Of a stretch of DNA of 23,098 bases, positions 19,408 through 23,098 are shown piece by piece (within the stretch, counting starts at the first letter, position 1; every line of letters starts with the position of its first letter). The notes below the pieces were generated by a model. That model saw nothing but the letters and a program-made list of their open reading frames with translations. It did not search any database and was not told the origin of the DNA. This DNA comes from Promethearchaeota archaeon (GTDB lineage: Archaea; Asgardarchaeota; Lokiarchaeia; Sigyniarchaeales; SOKP01): positions 1-23,098 of the forward strand of contig JALGVJ010000049.1 in NCBI GenBank assembly GCA_029838195.1, in the 5' to 3' direction. Position numbers and translations under genes: made by a program.

Positions 19408-19615
19408 TAATTCATGATAGATATTAAATTTAAGATTCTTTTATATTTTTAATTTTTTTCTCAAAAACCTAATTTTTTAAATTCTTCCGTGAAAAGTAAT
19501 TATTTTTCATACGATATCTGATTTGATTATTATTTTATTTGGAAAAACTTAATTTTGAACAAATCGTTAAAATAATTTAACCTATAAATTTATGTGTAAT
19601 AAATCGTGAAATTTA

Positions 19616-20605
19616 ATGCTTGATTCCGAACAAATAAAAGAAATATTATCAAACATATGCGTTAATCTTCGATTTCATGCCCGAGGAGGTCAAGGGGGAG
19701 TCACGGCGTCAAATCTTTGTGTGGAAGCTTTTGTAGGATATGGCGTGTGTCAACCAAGCTTTGGAGCAGAACGCATGGGCTCTCCTACGGAAAGCTATGT
19801 CAGATTATCGCTTAATGAAGACTTAGTACGTTCTAATGAACAAGTTTATGTTCCTCATTTTGTTTCGGTCTTGGATCCTTCATTACTTGCAGAAATTGAT
19901 GTTACGGCAGGAGTTCCCCAAGGGGGATGGCTTATCGTAAATACTACCATGAATCAATTAGAAATTCAAGATCTTGTTAAGCGAAAAGATCTTAATATCG
20001 CAACAGTGGATGCGCTAACCATAGCAATGGAAATCCTTGGACGTAATATAACAAACACGATAATCCTAGGAGCATTAATCCGTGTTTCTAATCTATTTAC
20101 CCTTGACCAACTAGCAGAAGCTATAATGAGAAGATTTAAAGAAGATATTGCTGCAAAAAACATTGAAGCCGTAAAAAGAGCTCATAAGGAAGCTTGTATT
20201 TATGAAAGTGGCGTCCAGCTTGATTTTACTGCTGATACAAAAGTTCCATGGCAACAAGTTAGGCCTGGCTTGCCCGGATATAAGGAAGTGGATAAAGCCG
20301 GCGTATGGTATTGTGATGAGGATATAATCGAATATGGCAGCAAGCAAGTTAATACGGGCTCTTGGGGGGAATGGGAGGTCATTTGGAATGAAGATAAATG
20401 CACGGATTGCGCCCAATGTTGGTTTATTTGTCCTGATTTTGCAATTCTGCGCAAAAAAGGTGATGATGGGCTATGGCACATGGCAGGTATCGATAATTTT
20501 CATTGTAAATCATGTTTAAATTGTCTAAACATTTGCCCTGTTAATGCTATTGATAAAAAATTAAAACAAGCGCCGGCTTCATGTGCGGTGCCGGAGGAAA
20601 ACTAA
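19616..20605 (+). CDS. 2-oxoacid:ferredoxin oxidoreductase fused gamma-delta subunit
   Basis: Gamma part: LRFHARGGQG, FGAERMGSP, VLDPSL, NTIILGA and KNIEA. Delta part: NTGSW, CTDCAQCWFICP and CKSCLNCLNICP. All in one uninterrupted frame. Confidence 0.92.
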   Translation: MLDSEQIKEILSNICVNLRFHARGGQGGVTASNLCVEAFVGYGVCQPSFGAERMGSPTESYVRLSLNEDLVRSNEQVYVPHFVSVLDPSLLAEIDVTAGVPQGGWLIVNTTMNQLEIQDLVKRKDLNIATVDALTIAMEILGRNITNTIILGALIRVSNLFTLDQLAEAIMRRFKEDIAAKNIEAVKRAHKEACIYESGVQLDFTADTKVPWQQVRPGLPGYKEVDKAGVWYCDEDIIEYGSKQVNTGSWGEWEVIWNEDKCTDCAQCWFICPDFAILRKKGDDGLWHMAGIDNFHCKSCLNCLNICPVNAIDKKLKQAPASCAVPEEN

Positions 20606-20606
20606 A

Positions 20607-20613
20607 AGGTGAT
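20607..20613 (+). promoter_or_regulatory. Archaeal-type Shine-Dalgarno site for the alpha subunit
   Basis: AGGTGAT lies between the gamma-delta stop (20605) and the ATG at 20617. Confidence 0.55.
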
Positions 20614-20616
20614 GTC

Positions 20617-21846
20617 ATGTCAATAGAACCAATGAAATTATTTTTTAAAGAGATTAAGGAACCGATCGAGACAACGATGATTGGAAACTATGCCGTGGCG
20701 GGGGCGGTGACTCAAACTAACCCAGACGTAATTTGTGCATTTCCCATTACACCCCAAACTCAAGCGGTTGAAGGCCTATCAGATGTAGTACATCAAGGCA
20801 GATTAAAAGCTGCTTTTATTAATGTTGAATCCGAATTAGCTGCGATTAGCTACTCTACTGCAGCTTGTGCGGCAGGAGCAAGAACATTCACGGCAACAGC
20901 TTCTCAAGGATTCTTGTTAATGACTGAAGCATTACCGATGGCTGTGGGGTGGCGAGTGCCTCTAACCATGATGATTTCAGCTCGAGCTTTTAATGCTCCC
21001 AATTTGTCCATCTGGAATTCATGGGAATTCACGCAGGTGAATTCCGAGTTAGGCTGGAATTGTCTTGTATCGGAAAATGTTCAAGAAACGTATGATGCTG
21101 CTATCATATCTTTAATGATTGCAGAAGATTCTCTGTTTCCTACAATGTTTGTTCATGATGGATTTATCATCTCTCATTCCGTGCAGAAACTATGGCTCAT
21201 TCCTGATGAGACAGTATTAAAATTAACTCCAAGGAAACCTCGGCATACCATCACTCCTGAAAGGCCGGGCACTTGGGGAGGCATCGTAACTCCAGATTAT
21301 TTCATGGAAGGACGAAAAAAGCTGGATGAAGAAAAGGAACCTGTACTGGATATCATGAAGCAATGCTTTAAAAATTTCGAAAATGAGACAGGACGCAAGT
21401 ATGATTTAATCGAAACGTTTAATTTAGATAATTCTTCAAAAACAGCGATCATCACCATGGGCTCAATGTGTGGAAACATTATCAGCTGGATGACAAAGAA
21501 TCCTGATATCGGATTAATTAAAATTAGAGCATATCGTCCCTTTCCTCATGAAGAACTACAAAAAATCGTGGAAGAGAGTCAACTCGAAAGATTAATCATC
21601 CTTGAAAAGTCAGATTCATTAAATGGCATGCTTCCGCCTTTTTCTATGTCCGTGGCTACTGCTCTCTATCCCCTCGGAACCCTCTTTAGGAGTTTTATCG
21701 TAGGCTTGGGAGGTCGAGATGTCACCCGTGATGAGTTTGATGTTGCTAAAAAGAAAATACAAGAGGTAAATGACATGAAAGGAAAGCTCTACATGTATCT
21801 AGGAGTGAGAGAAACTAAAAAAAAAATCTATGGGGTGAATGAATGA
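20617..21846 (+). CDS. porA: 2-oxoacid (pyruvate/ketoisovalerate-type):ferredoxin oxidoreductase alpha subunit
   Basis: GNYAVA, FPITPQT, VESE, TATASQG, ARAFNAP, DGFIISH, RAYRPFP and GLGGRD. Start placed at the ATG at 20617. The substrate is not established. Confidence 0.93.
   Translation: MSIEPMKLFFKEIKEPIETTMIGNYAVAGAVTQTNPDVICAFPITPQTQAVEGLSDVVHQGRLKAAFINVESELAAISYSTAACAAGARTFTATASQGFLLMTEALPMAVGWRVPLTMMISARAFNAPNLSIWNSWEFTQVNSELGWNCLVSENVQETYDAAIISLMIAEDSLFPTMFVHDGFIISHSVQKLWLIPDETVLKLTPRKPRHTITPERPGTWGGIVTPDYFMEGRKKLDEEKEPVLDIMKQCFKNFENETGRKYDLIETFNLDNSSKTAIITMGSMCGNIISWMTKNPDIGLIKIRAYRPFPHEELQKIVEESQLERLIILEKSDSLNGMLPPFSMSVATALYPLGTLFRSFIVGLGGRDVTRDEFDVAKKKIQEVNDMKGKLYMYLGVRETKKKIYGVNE
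21832..21838 (+). promoter_or_regulatory. Shine-Dalgarno-like site for the beta subunit
   Basis: GGGGTGA inside the end of the alpha gene, 9 nt upstream of the in-frame ATG at 21848, suggests that 21848 is the true start. Confidence 0.5.
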
Positions 21847-22936
21847 AATGTCTCAACCAGAACGTAATATCATAAACATGGATGATCTATTGGCAAGCGA
21901 TGGCAAAACTAATGTATTATTTGTCAATTATGACAACGAGGCTTTCATGAATACGGGTATTCAAGAATCGGGAAGCACTCCTCCTCATGCATCCACGACA
22001 ACGGGACCCGGTGGAGAGAAAATTCCGGGAAAAATAGGGATCAAACAAGATCTGATCACGCCTTTCGGATTTTTTGGAACAAAATCATTATTCCTGGCAA
22101 CGGTAAATCCCGCCTATCCAAATGATCTCATGGGAAAGGTAATGGAAGCTCTTAAGACTAATGGCTCTGCTTTCATTCAGTCTTTTTCAGATTGCATGCG
22201 AGGGTGGCGGCACGATGCCGGAGAAGCCGTTAATGTTTCTAAATTAGCAACAGATTGCGGATATTGGCCGTTATATACTATAAGAGTGAAGGATGGAATG
22301 CCCGTTTTTTCCTACTATCGAGGCTTAGAAATTGATAAAGAAAAATTTGAGCAATTCCTCAAATCGATGGGACGATTTCGACATCTTTTCCGTCCAAAAT
22401 TCAGAGAAAAAGAAATTGATGAAATCATTTATTACACCGAACAACGAAATAACCGATTAAAAGCTTTAATTGAAAAATTTGGTGCTGAAAAACCAATTGA
22501 TATTTATCGCATTAATAGAAAAAAATTACAGCCTCAATATCACCTTCAACCCGGCCACGGATTATGTCCTGGTTGCGGAGCAGGAATGTTTTTGAATCAA
22601 TTAGCGACAGCCGCGGGCATGGTTGCTGGAAACAACATTATTTACGTGAATAATACCAGTTGTACCGAAGTTTCTACCTCAAAAGATAATGTTTCTTCTT
22701 GGAATGTTCCTTGGGTGCATCATCTTTTTGAGTCGGGAGCTACGATTGCAGAAGCCATTAGCACGGCTTATAAAATTTTGAAATCAAAAGAACTTTATAG
22801 TGGAGAAGTGCCTTATATCATCCATATTGGCGGAGATGGCTCCACTTATGACATTGGATTTCAATTCCTCAAATCTGCTTTAATGAGAACAAGTAGTTTT
22901 GTAGAAATGAATGAATATCTCTCAAATCAAAAATAA
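21839..22936 (+). CDS. porB: 2-oxoacid:ferredoxin oxidoreductase beta subunit, circularly permuted
   Basis: All PorB motifs are present but in rearranged order: NVLFVNYDNEAFMNTGIQESGSTP (aa 25-48), FSDCMRGW (C119), GRFRHL, then PGHGLCPGCG (aa 238-247), NTSC (C275), HLFE, and GGDGSTYDIGFQ..ALMR (aa 331-350). It lies directly downstream of alpha. Start is 21839 or 21848. Confidence 0.93.
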   Translation: MNEMSQPERNIINMDDLLASDGKTNVLFVNYDNEAFMNTGIQESGSTPPHASTTTGPGGEKIPGKIGIKQDLITPFGFFGTKSLFLATVNPAYPNDLMGKVMEALKTNGSAFIQSFSDCMRGWRHDAGEAVNVSKLATDCGYWPLYTIRVKDGMPVFSYYRGLEIDKEKFEQFLKSMGRFRHLFRPKFREKEIDEIIYYTEQRNNRLKALIEKFGAEKPIDIYRINRKKLQPQYHLQPGHGLCPGCGAGMFLNQLATAAGMVAGNNIIYVNNTSCTEVSTSKDNVSSWNVPWVHHLFESGATIAEAISTAYKILKSKELYSGEVPYIIHIGGDGSTYDIGFQFLKSALMRTSSFVEMNEYLSNQK

Positions 22937-22937
22937 G

Positions 22938-22945
22938 TTTTTTTT
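22938..22945 (+). terminator. Oligo-T tract, candidate archaeal terminator of the oxidoreductase operon
   Basis: A T run immediately follows the stop at 22936; another T run lies near 22985-22992. Confidence 0.45.
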
Positions 22946-23098
22946 AATTTTGGTGATATTAAAAATAATTTAAACATATTCAACTTTTTTTTGCTTATTT
23001 TCTCCTTTTTCAACTCCTTCTTACCAATTCTTTACATCTATCGAAATCCAGAGTAATCTCAGAATTACATTGTGTCGGCGAGGACAAACGTTTTCCTA

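Noticed and set aside
958-21479. Short ORFs nested in or antisense to the long genes (e.g. 958, 2523, 2585, 5794, 6037, 6595, 7916, 8759, 11089, 11505, 11642, 12867, 13591, 19966, 20111, 20200, 20334, 21297)
   Set aside because: They overlap well-supported genes and have no recognisable motifs.
13487-21846. Selenocysteine or other stop-codon recoding in the Fe-S and oxidoreductase genes
   Set aside because: No in-frame TGA or TAG interrupts a conserved motif. The TGA ending alpha falls at a normal C-terminus overlapping the beta start.
21838-22925. AATGAATGAA (encoding MNE in frame) at both ends of the permuted beta gene (21838-21847 and 22906-22915), each followed by a TCTCAA-like sequence, as a possible scar of the permutation event
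   Set aside because: The same 10-mer occurs at 9717-9726 and a near copy near 7271, so it is low-complexity and likely chance.
21839-22936. Alternative reading as two partial tandem porB copies or a pseudogene
   Set aside because: The two parts are complementary and non-redundant, in one frame, and together supply every conserved motif exactly once.
23010-23098. Possible 3' end of a minus-strand gene entering from the right edge
   Set aside because: Two frames are briefly open (GKRLSSPTQCNSEITLDFDRCKELVRRS* and RKTFVLADTM*), too short to choose between or to support.
1-23098. CRISPR arrays, tRNA/rRNA, IS elements or tandem repeats
   Set aside because: I saw no regularly spaced repeats, GC-rich structured RNA-like segments, transposase motifs or terminal inverted repeats by eye.

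Overview
AT-rich archaeal-type metabolic region. The gene families, GGTGA-type Shine-Dalgarno sites and oligo-T terminators suggest an Asgard/Lokiarchaeia-like host, but that is inference only. The window holds an archaeal M23-like protein, a decayed aminotransferase, a URO-D-superfamily protein and a Zn-dependent dehydrogenase. It also has a loose acyl-CoA cluster: thiolase, two ADP-forming acyl-CoA synthetase alpha-type genes, a crotonase, an IVD-type acyl-CoA dehydrogenase and a PaaI thioesterase. Next come a membrane M28 peptidase, a Cys-rich polyferredoxin-like protein, an esterase, an ICMT/PEMT-family protein and a GPH/MFS transporter, then a three-gene 2-oxoacid:ferredoxin oxidoreductase (POR/VOR-type) operon. 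The standout observation is in that operon. The beta subunit (21839..22936) appears circularly permuted: the chain is cut inside the ThDP-binding GDG...N motif, so DNEAFMNTGIQ is at the N-terminus while the normally N-terminal PGHGLCPGC and GGDG..YDIG lie in the C-terminal third, with all four cluster cysteines retained. The gamma and delta subunits are also fused. I saw no rRNA, tRNA, CRISPR array or mobile element.
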